A stretch of DNA of 64,000 nt, taken from contig NC_059426.1 in assembly GCF_021028975.2 (NCBI RefSeq), positions 51,832,001 to 51,896,000 of the forward strand, written 5' to 3'. Shown piece after piece: positions 23,831-35,150 of the stretch. The DNA is from Sphaerodactylus townsendi (taxonomy: Eukaryota). The notes beneath the pieces are model-generated. The model did no database searches. It was not told where the DNA came from and saw only the letters and a program-made list of their open reading frames with translations. Made by a program: the position numbers and the translations under genes. Every line of letters begins with the position of its first letter. Position 1 is the first letter of the stretch.

Positions 23831-24184
23831 ACAAAATTCCTCCAGCTGTCCGGGCCCTGCGGGATCTTGGTGAGTTCTGCAGGGCCTGCAAGACGGAGTT
23901 GTTCCACCGGGCCTTTGGAGTGTCCAGCCGCTGATATGAGTGCCCCCACCCCCTCCTATGTTTTGGGCCCATTACCATCTATGGGCCCACTTTTTTTCTC
24001 CCCTTCTGGGAGAGTCTAACAGGAATTGTTGCGGGCACTGTTGTTAGTCGTTTCTTAATTGCTGCATTTTAACTTAAATTATTTACAGCCCATTATGTAA
24101 TTGTTATTTTATGTTGTTCACCACCCAGAGCCCTTCGGGGGTTGGGCGGTCTATAAGACTGATAAATAAATAAATAAAAATAAA
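23830..24184 (+). mobile_element. L2-clade LINE 3' end
   Basis: Translates as PPAVRALRDLGEFCRACKTELFHRAFG; 3' stem-loop region cccagagcccttcgggggttgggcgg and (TAAA)n tail. Confidence 0.75.
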
Positions 24185-24909
24185 GATAGCCACACAGGAT
24201 GGGGGAAGAGACACATCCATGCCCAAGGCTTGTTCAAACAAATAATATTTAGCCATTACTTAAGAAGCCAGGTTCTTTAAGAGGAGTTTGTGTTCTTGAG
24301 CTTAAGTGCAATAGAAAGAAAACAGGACCAAGTTTGTGTTTTCTTTTCTAAAAAAAGAGGGCAGTTCCATGTCATTCCAAAAATAAGCTATCGTTTTTCT
24401 AAAGAGTAGATAAAACTATGAGTCACGTGACCTATTGAACAATACTCAAAAGAAAAGTTTGTTTCAGTAACAAAAAACTCACTAGGAGGAACAAATTCTT
24501 TCAACAAAATAAATTCTGTTCTCAAAGAATATGAAAGCTGATGTCACTTCTAATTCTCTTGTGGGGGAGGGGGATGGTTACAGTTTGCAGTGCATCAATG
24601 CAGCCATTTATTGCCCAGTCCAGTCTATAAAAAGACATTGTGTACAAGTTTTTTCTTTCCGTGCCAGAAATGCATTCCTGGAACCTAACAGCAGCTTTCT
24701 CCCCCTAATGCAGTAATTTAGATAATAGTTTCTCCCTGAACTTTCATAACATTTTTACTGCCCTATAATGATTAGACCAAGTGCTTTTGGAATCCTTCTG
24801 CAGTTAGTTTTTCATTATGTTATTGAACTGGGCAAACGTTACGTGGACAATAATGGTAGTAAGCAAGTTTACAGAATTCATTGGCAAACACTGAGGAAAT
24901 GAAGCAAAC

Positions 24910-25101
24910 TAGGGATGCTAACAAGGGGAAACTTACTGGCTCTCTAAGAATGCCAGCCTTCAGGTGGGACTTAGGGTCCCACAGACTTGCAGCTCATCTC
25001 CAGGCTACATCTCCCACTCCTCACCAAACACTGCCCTTCTGAGGCTCCCCCCCCCAAAAAAAAATCTCCAGGTATTTCCCAACCCAGAGCTGACAACTCT
25101 A
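24910..25101. mobile_element. hAT-like MITE of the TAGGGTTGCCA-terminus family (diverged)
   Basis: Starts TAGGGATGC and ends caggtatttcccaacccagagctgacaactcta; body shared with copies at 30.1, 36.6, 37.2, 38.6 and 62.7 kb. Confidence 0.6.
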
Positions 25102-26744
25102 TGTACCTCCTTGCCATCAAAAGTTTAAGCTGCCGACTTGCAGACATTAAACCTCTGTTGAAGGGATGGGAGATTTTCCCTTTCCAGATTGTTAGTAACT
25201 GTATACATCTACAAACCTTTCTCATTTGAATTATGATGTCTCAGGTGATTAAGGCTCCTGCTAACATCATAAATCATTACATTTCCGCCAGTAGCGTATG
25301 AAGTGCTAGAGTACATAACATTTTCTTCTCAATGTAATTTTTTCCTCAGAGACCATGTTTCAATATTTGTTGTGGAGAAAAATCTGAATTCATTGAGGTG
25401 GATCCAACCAGCGTTTCGACTGTTAGAAAAGAGAGGAGGGATCCTGCTTGACCTCCAGAAAAGCTGTACTAAGTATCATGGGATTTGAAAGAGTTGCTGT
25501 AAGTCTACTGCAACATGACAGCCCTTCATAAACACACAGTAAAGAGAGAAATTAAGTGAACTGGAATGGAAAAAAACTGGCTGGATCCAACCCATTATGA
25601 TAACAATATTTTGAAATTAGTTTTCTGCAATTTCACAATAACTTGCTTTAGGCTGGTGTCATTCCAAAACAATATAAAACTTTATTCACTTTCCCATCCA
25701 TCAGCAGTATTACTACTATTGTTGTCATGGAAGTATATGGATTCAGTTCATAACAGCAGATCATCAATGTAAAGTTCCCAGAATAGGGCATATTGATCAG
25801 TGATCTTGCTGAAGTTAATCAAGTCTAGATCTGGTCAGTGCTAGGGGTGAGAGTTTCTTCAAGCTCCATGCAGGAAGAAATGTGGAATATAAATGAAATA
25901 AATTTGATCACTTAAGAACATTAGAAATAAAAATGGCAGCTGTTTAGTATAAAATAATGATGAGCAGATGTAGTTTCAACTTGCCTTACCTCTGTTGCGG
26001 GTTATTCCTGTATTTCTTTTACTCCATTGACACATACACACTATTTGTATGCAATTTTATACATTCGTGGTATACACCAATTGTATCCAATCGACACAAA
26101 AATAACAGTGAAATTTTTGCTTATTATCAAGCACTAAAATTCTTTCTTTCCATACCTGCAGGTTTGTTTTTCACAAAGAAACTCAGTTGAAGCAGAAATG
26201 TTTCAATTGAACCAGTTTTGAAAAAAAAAATCCTTTACAGGTTGTATATTTAATACATTTACAACCCAGTCTTGGGGTGAGGGGCAAACCTGGTTGTGGA
26301 AACATTGTGAACCTGCACCAGTGGGCTTGCCTACCCTGCTGGCATAAAGGGCACTTGCCCCAGCAGAGAGGGCAAAAAGGCACAGCTCCGTGGCACTCAA
26401 ACCAGGAAGTGCCCACCACCCGGAAGCTACTCCAGTGAAAGGGAGCTGGGGGTGTTTCCAGTGGTAGAACCAACTTTAATAATCAGCTTCCACTGGGGTT
26501 CCAGCCTAGGAACGCCTTCCTTCCTGGGCATAGACTTGCTCATTGGAAATAATAGCATAAGTCATTTTTTAGCCATGGGATTTTTCCAGGCAGCCCGGTG
26601 TTGTTGTTTTTTGGTGTCACCAAACCTCCTTTGGAGGTTTGCTGTACCAGCCCAGCTGCCACAAAGTTCCTGCCCCCTTCTGGATTCTGCATTGAGCAGT
26701 TAGTAGCATATTACAGGTTCCATTTACTCATTCAAAATGAATTT

Positions 26745-27000
26745 AATGTAAAGAGATTCTGTTTCTTTGATCCAAGTTGGGGACACAAAAACAGCAAATA
26801 TTAAAAACATACAACATAAAAAAAGTATCTGTCTAAAACAAAGACATAAAATACACATAGAGAGGAATAATAATAATGAAACAATCATGATGAAAAGGGA
26901 ATGCCAAACAAAACAAATCTTCACTTTCTGGCAAAGGACCATGATAGAGGGAGACAGATGAATGTCCCTGGGGTGGGAGCTCCAAAGTTTTGGTACCACC
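26745..27000 (-). mobile_element. Old L2 3' fragment
   Basis: gaatgtccctggggtgggagctccaaag matches the minus-strand L2 fragment at 34.7-35.1 kb. Confidence 0.55.
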
Positions 27001-27292
27001 GAACATATCTGCCCATGTTGTGTGGCTTTTAATTCATGGAGCCCACATCTTTGGTATCAACTTCTTGAGACCCACAAGTGGCTTCTGGGTGAAGCAGGAC
27101 AACGCTACCACACCCAAGACTTTCTTCTGGCATGGAATACAATGCATCTTGTTACTTTTTAAGTACTTTGTGATGGATAATGTCAAGGCCATCCCCTTTG
27201 TGCTCTTGTCTGGTAAAGAAAACCAGCAAGGACCAGTGGGAGCATTAAAAACATTCAGAAGGAGACCAGAGAGGGACTAGAGGGGGAAATTG

Positions 27293-27369
27293 CTGCCTAA
27301 CTCAGTTGGATTTAGGGGGATCTAACTTTTGCTGCTTAACTCAGTTGGATTTAGAGGGATCTAGCTTTT
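27293..27369. repeat. 39-bp tandem duplication
   Basis: ctgcYtaactcagttggatttagRgggatctaRctttt occurs twice, head to tail. Confidence 0.9.
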
Positions 27370-27867
27370 ATCTCCAGTTTCTTCAAAGGGAAAATGTGTG
27401 TTTGGTGCAGTACCCTGGAGAGGCCCACACTGAATTAAGATTCTTCTGTGTAGTCATTCTGGTATATTTGAATACTTTGGGGCAGACTGAAGTCTACGCT
27501 TAAAAGACTGTAGTGTGATTCTAAAGGATTAGGAAACTTGTGAAAAAAATTAACAGAGAAAAGTTGTCTGCCAGTTACTGGCATTCTTTCCATTCTCAAA
27601 CAGTATACATAATCCGTTTCTCCATATCTCATTTTCTTATAACATTACAGTTGTATAAAGTAGATCTTAAAGATCTTAACTATCCATCATTTACTTTCCC
27701 TTCCAATAAAAGAATCCTGTTTATTGTTGCTTTGTAAAATTTTGTTTTCCTTCTTATTAGATTTAGGGTGGAGAAGTTAACTAGGAAAATGAAGAGGGAG
27801 CATCTCAGAAGCTCAATCACATTTTACTTCAGAGATTGTCAAGGGTAAAGATCTCCAAGCACTGGCA

Positions 27868-28693
27868 GACTAATATTACCCTGTATTGGTTAACATGACA
27901 ATGAACCCTCAGCCAATGAGCACGCAGTAGACTCTCCTGCGCACCCATTTGCTGAGAGTGTGTGATCACGCTCAGAAGGGCCCAATAGAGAAGTGGCACC
28001 AGGCCATCCTCCTGCTGAGCCTCCTGCCTGCCTCTCCATTCCCCCAGCCTCTCTCCCCTTGCCCCTTGCACAAACCTCAACCTGGTGGAGAAGCGACACC
28101 AGGCCACCCTCCTTCCCACCCACCTCCCCATTCCTCCAGTCACCCAACCCCTGCCCCACACACAAACCTGCCAAAGCCCTCCCACCTTCCCCCACCTCAA
28201 GTATCCCAATTCCACCCTCTCTCCACCTCAAGCCACACCTTCCAACCCTCCCCCTCCCAAGCCACACTGTCCAACCCTCCCCCACCTCAAGCCACTCTTT
28301 CCAACCCTCTTCCAACACTAGCCAGATCTTCCAACTCCCCACCCTATGCCTCATCTTCCAACCCTCCCCCACCCCTAGCCAAACCTTCGAACCCCAACAA
28401 CCCTCACCTTTCCACCCACCCCACCTCAAGCTTCACCTTTTCAACCTCCCTTCACCCTAAGCCACTCTTTTCCACCCTCCCCCAATCTTCACCTTCCCAC
28501 TTACCCCAAGTTACACCTTTCCCACCTCTCCTACCCCCAAGCCACAGACTCAGGACTCAGAAACAGGTAGGTGGGAAGCATCATGCTAAGAGGGGGGCGG
28601 GTTGCTACTGTCCAAGTAAACCCCATTGCAGGGGAAAATTCTTCCTTTGCTAGATCCGATTGCATCTCCCCCTCAATGGACTTTCCTGCTAAT
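27868..28693. mobile_element. Putative non-autonomous Helitron-like element with a C-rich minisatellite core
   Basis: Core of degenerate ttccaaccctcccccacctcaagcc units (about 28140-28545); 3' end ccgattg...caatgg followed by actttcctgctaat resembles a decayed hairpin plus CTAG terminus. Confidence 0.4.
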
Positions 28694-30073
28694 ACATCAA
28701 TATTTCTCTGGCCTCTCTGTATGCAGTGCTTGATATATGTTTAGGGGAAGTGTGTCATGGTTAATGATCTCAAGTATTCCTAACAATCTGATAAGCTACC
28801 ATCAAGAGAGCAGTGGCCTTGTTTGGGGACTTTTATTAGTACCTGCTTGAGCCATGGCAACTTGTCACATGCTCCAATCAAAGTTTAAACGGTTCCATCC
28901 ATGAATCTCTTTAAGAATTTTAATATCCCTTCTAAAAAGATGCATTTCAGACAGCATTATGTACTACTTGTATAACTATTTGCTTTGAGACTTTTAATAA
29001 TTAGAAATTGGCCTCTCGAAATGGCTTTGTGTATTTTCAGAACTGACAGCATTGATATTTCTGATTCAGTATTGTATTCAAAGATAAAGTGAATGCCACT
29101 TGGATATGTTCCTACCATAACCATCTCATCTTGGCATAGTAATTGATGTGTCTCTTGGCTGATAAATATCTTATTTTTTGCTGATTCCCAAATCTATCAG
29201 AAAATAATGTGCATAAATGCACAATTTGAATAGTGAACAAGATAGCCTTGCACGTACAGGTAAACATTTTTAAAAGTGTAGTTTATTCTAAATGACACCA
29301 CCCTCATTTTCCATTAGCCAGTTTCAGACTCTTCTCATCCCCGTCCTCACTTTTCGTTCCTCACTTAATAACTCTGCCTTCAGGTTTTTGTGACATCGTA
29401 GCAAGTCAGCTGTCAGCATAAATTTACAAATGAGAACTCACTCAGGGTTACCTGTTTCTGCCCTTCCTTGTGTGCTTGTGACTATTTTGGCGAAATGGCA
29501 ACTGCAGTTTGTCAGCAAGTCTATGCAATGTGTGTTTTAGTCTGATCACTCATATTTCTAGAGCCATAACAAAAATGTTAAATGCAGAAAGTAGCAGAAT
29601 TAATGTTATTACAGAATGAGTTTAAATACTTGTTTTAACGCTAGCCATCAGGGATTGACAAGAATTTTATTTATTTTTTTTATAAGCTGGAATCCCTCAG
29701 TTTCTTCTGACTCAGCGGTTGTGAACATAGCTCAAAACAAGATGTATCTATCTTGCTGGTTGGAATTAGGCTAAAAACCACATTTTTCTGTTGGGCAACT
29801 TAGTAGATCTACTTGACTTACATGCCAAGGTCAAATCAACTGCTTTGAGAGGAGGTTTGAAAAGCAATCTCTGTGTAGGTCACACATACCAGTGATCCCC
29901 TGGGATATTCATGTTAATATCTTCGACTGAAACCAAAAGCCTGCTTAGTTCAATATTATTCATTGTAAACGTTACCAAAAATGAGCTAGTTTCACTGAGA
30001 GTGCTTTTTCTGTTTGTCATGAACAACAATCTGAGGATTGCATCTGGTGTCTCAAACATGTCAAGCATACATT

Positions 30074-30290
30074 TAAGGTTACCATCGTCCAAGTGGGGGG
30101 TGGAGATCTTGAATTATAATGGATCTTTAGGTGGCAGAAATCCATACCCTTGTAGAAAACAGTTGCTTTGAAGAGTGGACTCTATGGCATTATACCCTCC
30201 TAAAATCCTTCTCCCTTCCCAAACTCCGCCCTTCCCAGATTCCACCATGCTCTAATTTCCAGGAATTTCCAAATCCAGTTAGCATCCCTA
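30074..30290. mobile_element. hAT-like MITE of the TAGGGTTGCCA-terminus family
   Basis: taaggttacca...tggactctatggcattataccc...agcatcccta. Confidence 0.65.
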
Positions 30291-30450
30291 CGTGTACTTT
30301 ACAATCAAGTGATGGCATTTTTTTAGCTTGCTTCAACATAGGTATCTCTAGCAGTGCCCTGTGCTCATCCCTACGTGTACTTTACAATCAAGTGATGGCA
30401 TTTTTCTCAGCTGGCTTCATACATAGGCATCTCTAGCAGTGGCCTGTGCT
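30283..30450. repeat. About 83-bp tandem duplication starting in the MITE terminus
   Basis: catccctacgtgtactttacaatcaagtgatggcatttt...ctctagcagtg.cctgtgct occurs at 30283 and 30366. Confidence 0.92.
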
Positions 30451-32148
30451 CTCAGGCCTTTCCTGATTATCAGTTGAATAATGTGGTCTTATCTTTGGGA
30501 GACTTGTGTCTGAGGATCTTGGTTTCAGTGCTGGACTCCAAATGTTTGGTTTTTTAAAACTGTCCTGTAGGACTTAAGCCTAAGCGAACTGAGAATTTGA
30601 TTTTCCACGAGCTACTTTAATTACAATAAGCAAGATTTTTACTAATTAGTTTAATGATTTAAGGAAGCTACTTCTGTTCCCCAAGTGCATGTCATATGCA
30701 CACTCATGTATGTCCACTTCTAATAACTGTGGTTCATCACCTTTGTTACATTTCCCCCTTTACAAATCTCTTTTGCCATCTTTTCCACTATCAGAATTTA
30801 GGTATTCAAGATTTTATAACTTTCTCACAACATCTGTCGAAACAAGACAGGCAACCCCTTTTCTGAAATTGCTGTCACAGAATACTGTTTTGTATACTGA
30901 ATTTTAAAAAGCCAATGGAGGCAAGCTGTCTTATTTTAAAAGATGTACATGTACATCTTCTGCGTATTTCAGTGTCAACATACATAACGAATAATGCATG
31001 GCAATAATAAAGTAATAAAAACTTAAATCGCAATTCAGTGACTCTAATGTGGGTGTATATATAATCTTTATCGTACTGTAGATTACATTAGATTCAATCT
31101 GATGGTTGGAAAGAAACACGTGCTATATCACAAGAGAGTCTGGTTTTTTTAAAAAATTAATGTTTGCTGGCTGTGAACAGCAGTATCAATAATTCATCAC
31201 CTGAGTTCTTTTGAGATGATCTGTTGATGCACACCACCAGAGCACATAGCAGTAATATGAGCATTTATGTGATTTACTGATCTCCAGAATAACAAATAAT
31301 CAGGAATTTGGTTAAGTGGCAGTCCACTCCAGCTTTTGAACCTCTGAAATGAGGATTTGCAGTGAGACCAGTATTGTATAAATCATGTCTGTCTTTTCTA
31401 AGTACTCTCCGTGGTCTCAGAATAAAAGTACCTGCACTTAGACTGGCTACTTCCAATACCATTACCAATACTTAATCGACAGCTTTGTTTTATAGAATAG
31501 TGCATTTTCTATATCCTTATTAAACTCTTCAGTCCCTTAAGGCATTTTGCATTCACTAGTGTACATCATGGAAACAGATACTTTTATGATTCTTTGAACA
31601 TTATTTATTTCCTATTAAGTCTGATTGTTTTGCTCCTGAGCAAAAAATAATTTTAGACCAGCCTGTCATGGAACCTCTGCTGTTGCCCACTAATGTACAT
31701 ACATCTTTCTTTTTACAAAGTGGTTGTTTTGTGTCTTGTCTGTTGCAGACTTGAGCTTTTTTTTTCCCCCACCCCATCTTCCAACTATGTACTATGAATA
31801 TGCGGGGAGGTAGAGGAATCATGTAAATGCTGGGGACAAGGACAGCTGATGTGTCGTCTGTTCCTGGGTGTGCCTTTGAATATGCCCAAGCTGAAATTAT
31901 CCCCAATGTAGCGGAATGGTTAAGAGAGGTGGACTCAAATTTGGGAAAACGGGTTTGATTCCCCACTTTTCCACATGAAGCCTGCTAGGTGACCTTGGGC
32001 TAATTAGTTATTTCAGAACTCTCTCAACCCTACTTCCATCATTGTAGGGAGAGAAAAGGAAAAATGTATTGTCGAAGACTTTTGTGGCCAGGATCACTGG
32101 GGTGCTGTGTGGTTTCTGGGCTGTATGGCCGTGTTCTAGCAGCATTCT

Positions 32149-32192
32149 CTCCTGACGTTTCGCCTGCATCTGTGGCTGGATTCTTCAGAGGA
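32149..32192 (-). ncRNA. Hammerhead ribozyme motif, mutated stem II
   Basis: Minus strand TCCT-CTGAAGA-ATCCAGCCACAGATGCAGGC-GAAA-CGTC-AGGA; core intact, but the stem II closing pair is lost (TGCC to ATCC). Confidence 0.55.
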
Positions 32193-32197
32193 TCAGA

Positions 32198-32240
32198 TTC
32201 TCTGAAGATGCCAGCCACACATGCAGGTGAAACGTCAGGA
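32198..32240 (+). ncRNA. Minimal type I hammerhead ribozyme motif (Penelope-associated)
   Basis: Stem I TTCT/AGGA; core CTGAAGA (32202-32208) plus an extra T; stem II GCC-A-GC[CACACAT]GC-A-GGT; GAAA (32229-32232); minimal stem III ACGT; predicted cleavage after C32236. Activity is not shown. Confidence 0.7.
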
Positions 32241-33137
32241 GAGAATGCTGCTAGAACACGGCCATACAGCCTAGAAACCACACAGCACCCCAGAAAAGGA
32301 AAAAGTTTATAAGCTACGTTGAGACACCTTACAGTTGAGAAAACAAAAATATAAATCTAAGCTCTCCTCCTTCTTCTGTTTTGGGTTGCTTTGGGGATAT
32401 CCAGAATGACACAAAACATGCCTGAAATTCCAGGAATAATAAAAAATTATCTCCCAGAGTTTCAAGAGTGTTTCATGGAAGTACAGGAAACAGTTATTAG
32501 TCAGCATCTGTCTTCCCTTGGTCTCCACTCATGCATGACCTTTCAAATATTAAAAGCAAAAGGACCAAACGAGGCCAGACTTACCTTGCCAGCATTCTCT
32601 CTACTAGGCTTCTCCCTACTCCTGGCAGTGGAAAATGGTGGTCGGGCTGATGGAGTCCTGGACTCCTGCATTACTGCAGCCATTTTCTACCCTGCTGAGA
32701 GACACTATTCTTTTTTAAATCTGCTACTGATTATAAAAGAAGAGTATTTACCAGGTGATATGAATCCCCAGCTTTCAATTAAAAAGTAAGTTCCTAGTTC
32801 CTTCCATTGTAACTCCTGTAGTCTACAGTCATTCTTGTAGATATCATCTCCTTGCAACTTGGTGCAGTCTAACAATATCAATCAATGGTCATGTAGTGCT
32901 GCCAAAGGAAATTGCAGGCCATGTTAGGCTGCTGAACTGCATAAGAAGTACCATTCTTTGGTTTTTTGGACTTGGTATCTGATAAGGCATATTTGCATAA
33001 GAGCTAGCCTTGTGCTACAGCACTTGAAGTTGGTCTGTATTGCAGTTGGATACATGAAGGAGAGATGTAAATCAATGTGAAATCTACAACAAATGACATA
33101 TATGTCACAGAGCATGTGTGTGGTTTGCAAATAATCA

Positions 33138-33301
33138 TTAATACAGATTTTTTACAGGTAATTAATACAGATTTATTACCTGTAATTAATTTATTACCCG
33201 TAATTTATTTATTACTTGTAATTAATTTATTTATTACCTGTAATTAATTTATTTAGATTTATTACCTGTAATTAATACAGGTAATTAATACAGATTTTTT
33301 A
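33138..33301. repeat. AT-rich patchwork repeat of direct and inverted ATTACCTGTAATTAAT units
   Basis: Bounded by the direct repeat ATTAATACAGATTTTTTA; interior is built from both orientations of acaggtaat/attacctgt. Confidence 0.85.
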
Positions 33302-33779
33302 AATTTGGGATATCTGACAAGCAGAACTACTGGTGCTGAATGCGCTTTCACCAAAAGCAGCTCAATATTTCTCCTTCCTCTGTTTAACAAGGTAATCATA
33401 CTCTGTCACAGGACATTATACTATGGGTACAGAGAACTGCTGCTTTGGGTGACTATCGCATACTTGTAGTAAAGTCTTGTTTCTAGCCAGAAAGACCCAG
33501 GCTCAGTCTGCTTGATTCTTAGTTCTTATCCACTGAAGTACATCAGTATCATGACCATGACACAAACCTTTTTCTGTTGAAATACTTTATTTCACAAATT
33601 TCTTTGTCCACATGTTGCCTTAGAACAGAATAGTTTCATATTATACAGTTGTGACCATGAATTAACTGAGCACTGGGAGAAATAACGGACAATTGGACTA
33701 GTAAATTCAGTGACTATCATTCAGATTGGGAGATTTTATGGGGGAAATGGCTCAACCTGTTCCAGATTTAATTATCTAA

Positions 33780-34382
33780 GGCTGTTTCCGCACGGCCCTT
33801 TAATGGCGCCCTGGGGACAGGATAAACGTTGTCCCCAGGGAGCCATTCACACAGGGAGCCATTTGCTTAGCAGCAGAGTCCCCAGGGAGCCATTTGCTTA
33901 GCAACAGCGCCGACCTGGCATCGCTCCCCCTCCCCCAGGGCGGCGTCAGACCGCCCTGAAAAACAACCCTTTAAAGGGTTGTTTTTCCCCCGACAGCATG
34001 TTCCCGGCGGCGTGGTGCGAACAGCACAGCCTTTGGCAGAACGACGCTAGGTTTCCCTTCGTCCCATCTTCACTCTTGTCCTGCCGTCGGCCTGCTGGAA
34101 GTCGAAGCCGCCCACGCTGTCCTCCGACAGGCCCTGGAGGTCGGAGGGCAGCGTGGGCGGGCTTCACGGCTCCAGCAGGCCGACGACGCATCGGACAAGG
34201 TGAGTGAATGGACAGGGAAGGGGGAAGAGGCGGCTCCATCTTGGCGGAGCCAGCTTCTGCACGCCTGCCCGGCTCTCTCCTCCGGAGGCTGCCCGCATGC
34301 TTGCATGCGAACGGCCTCCGCCTCCACGCCGGCAGAATTCTTGCCGGCGTGGAGGCGCCTCGACGGCCGTGCGGAAATAGCC
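33780..34382. mobile_element. Young CpG-rich PIF/Harbinger-like non-autonomous transposon
   Basis: TIRs GGCTGTTTCCGCACGGCC / GGCCGTGCGGAAATAGCC; 3-bp TSD TAA/TAA; internal hairpin at 34320-34356. Confidence 0.88.
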
Positions 34383-34729
34383 TAATATAGGAAAGCACCT
34401 AAATATTGGATGCAAGGAAAGCATATTTACTTTGCTTATATGGGACCAAGTATAGTGTACAATTTATTTGGTGCTGAAGAAATGGCAGGGGAAACTTTTC
34501 AAAGTTGAGGGTATTAATTTCTTATGCAGAACTTGTATTTTATTGAGGATTTGCATTCTGCTGAGAAAACAATTTAAATCCCCCATAAAATCTCCATTAA
34601 ACATGTGCATCTCGCAGGTTTGTGAATATTTTCAGAAGTTAAAATTGTATTGTTTGAGGTCAATGTTTTCTAGCTGTGTAAATAGTTGTGAAAACAGCAT
34701 GAATGAATTCAGTATGAATTTATTTTTAA

Positions 34730-35150
34730 AAATTATTTAAAACATTAATTGTACCCAATTAAGGTCCTAAGGAGTCAAACATAACAATATTTGAATAATA
34801 AAAACATTTAAAATATGAAGCAATTTAATAAAAATACATAAACAACAGTAGAACCGCAGGGGAGGGCCAATGAGGGGAGGGCCAATGAGAACCACAGGGG
34901 AGGGCTATGCCAAATGAAACAAAAAGTCTTCACTCACTGGCAGAAGACACAGATAGAGGGAAATGGGTGAATGTCCCTGGAGAGGGAGTTCCAAGGTATT
35001 TGTTCCACAACTGAGAAAGCCTTTTTTTCAGATTATCACCCATCTAGCCTCAGTTGGGACCTGAAACAGGGCTTCTGAAGATGACCAGAGTGAATGGTAG
35101 GTTAGTATGGGAGAAGGTAGTACTTAAGGTATGTTGGTACTAAGATGTAC
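34730..35150 (-). mobile_element. Old L2 3' fragment
   Basis: gggagttccaagg...ccacaactgagaaagcc is the reverse of the L2 AFSVV.P.LWNSLP region. Confidence 0.65.

Larger units (their letters stand above)
32065..32291. mobile_element. Penelope-like element terminal fragment as an inverted repeat carrying hammerhead motifs
   Basis: Arms 32099-32190 and about 32200-32291 are reverse complements; 13-bp TSD AGAAAAGGAAAAA; each arm reads CTGAAGA...GAAACGTC. Confidence 0.85.
31905..32355 (+). mobile_element. Old tRNA-derived SINE interrupted by a Penelope-derived insert
   Basis: Head tgtagcggaatggttaagag...gggtttgattcccc and core ggtgaccttgggcta; resumes at 32292. Confidence 0.7.

Noticed and set aside
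27829-28653. Long Pro/Ser- and Gly/Trp-rich ORFs (up to 234 aa)
   Set aside because: Open in several frames on both strands because the low-complexity sequence lacks stop codons.
32039-32312. Mirror-image ORFs with near-identical peptides on both strands
   Set aside because: A direct consequence of the DNA palindrome.
33946-34424. Overlapping Arg/Ala/Pro-rich ORFs and CpG island as a host gene start
   Set aside because: Lie almost entirely within a TIR- and TSD-bounded transposon; GC-rich sequence lacks stops.
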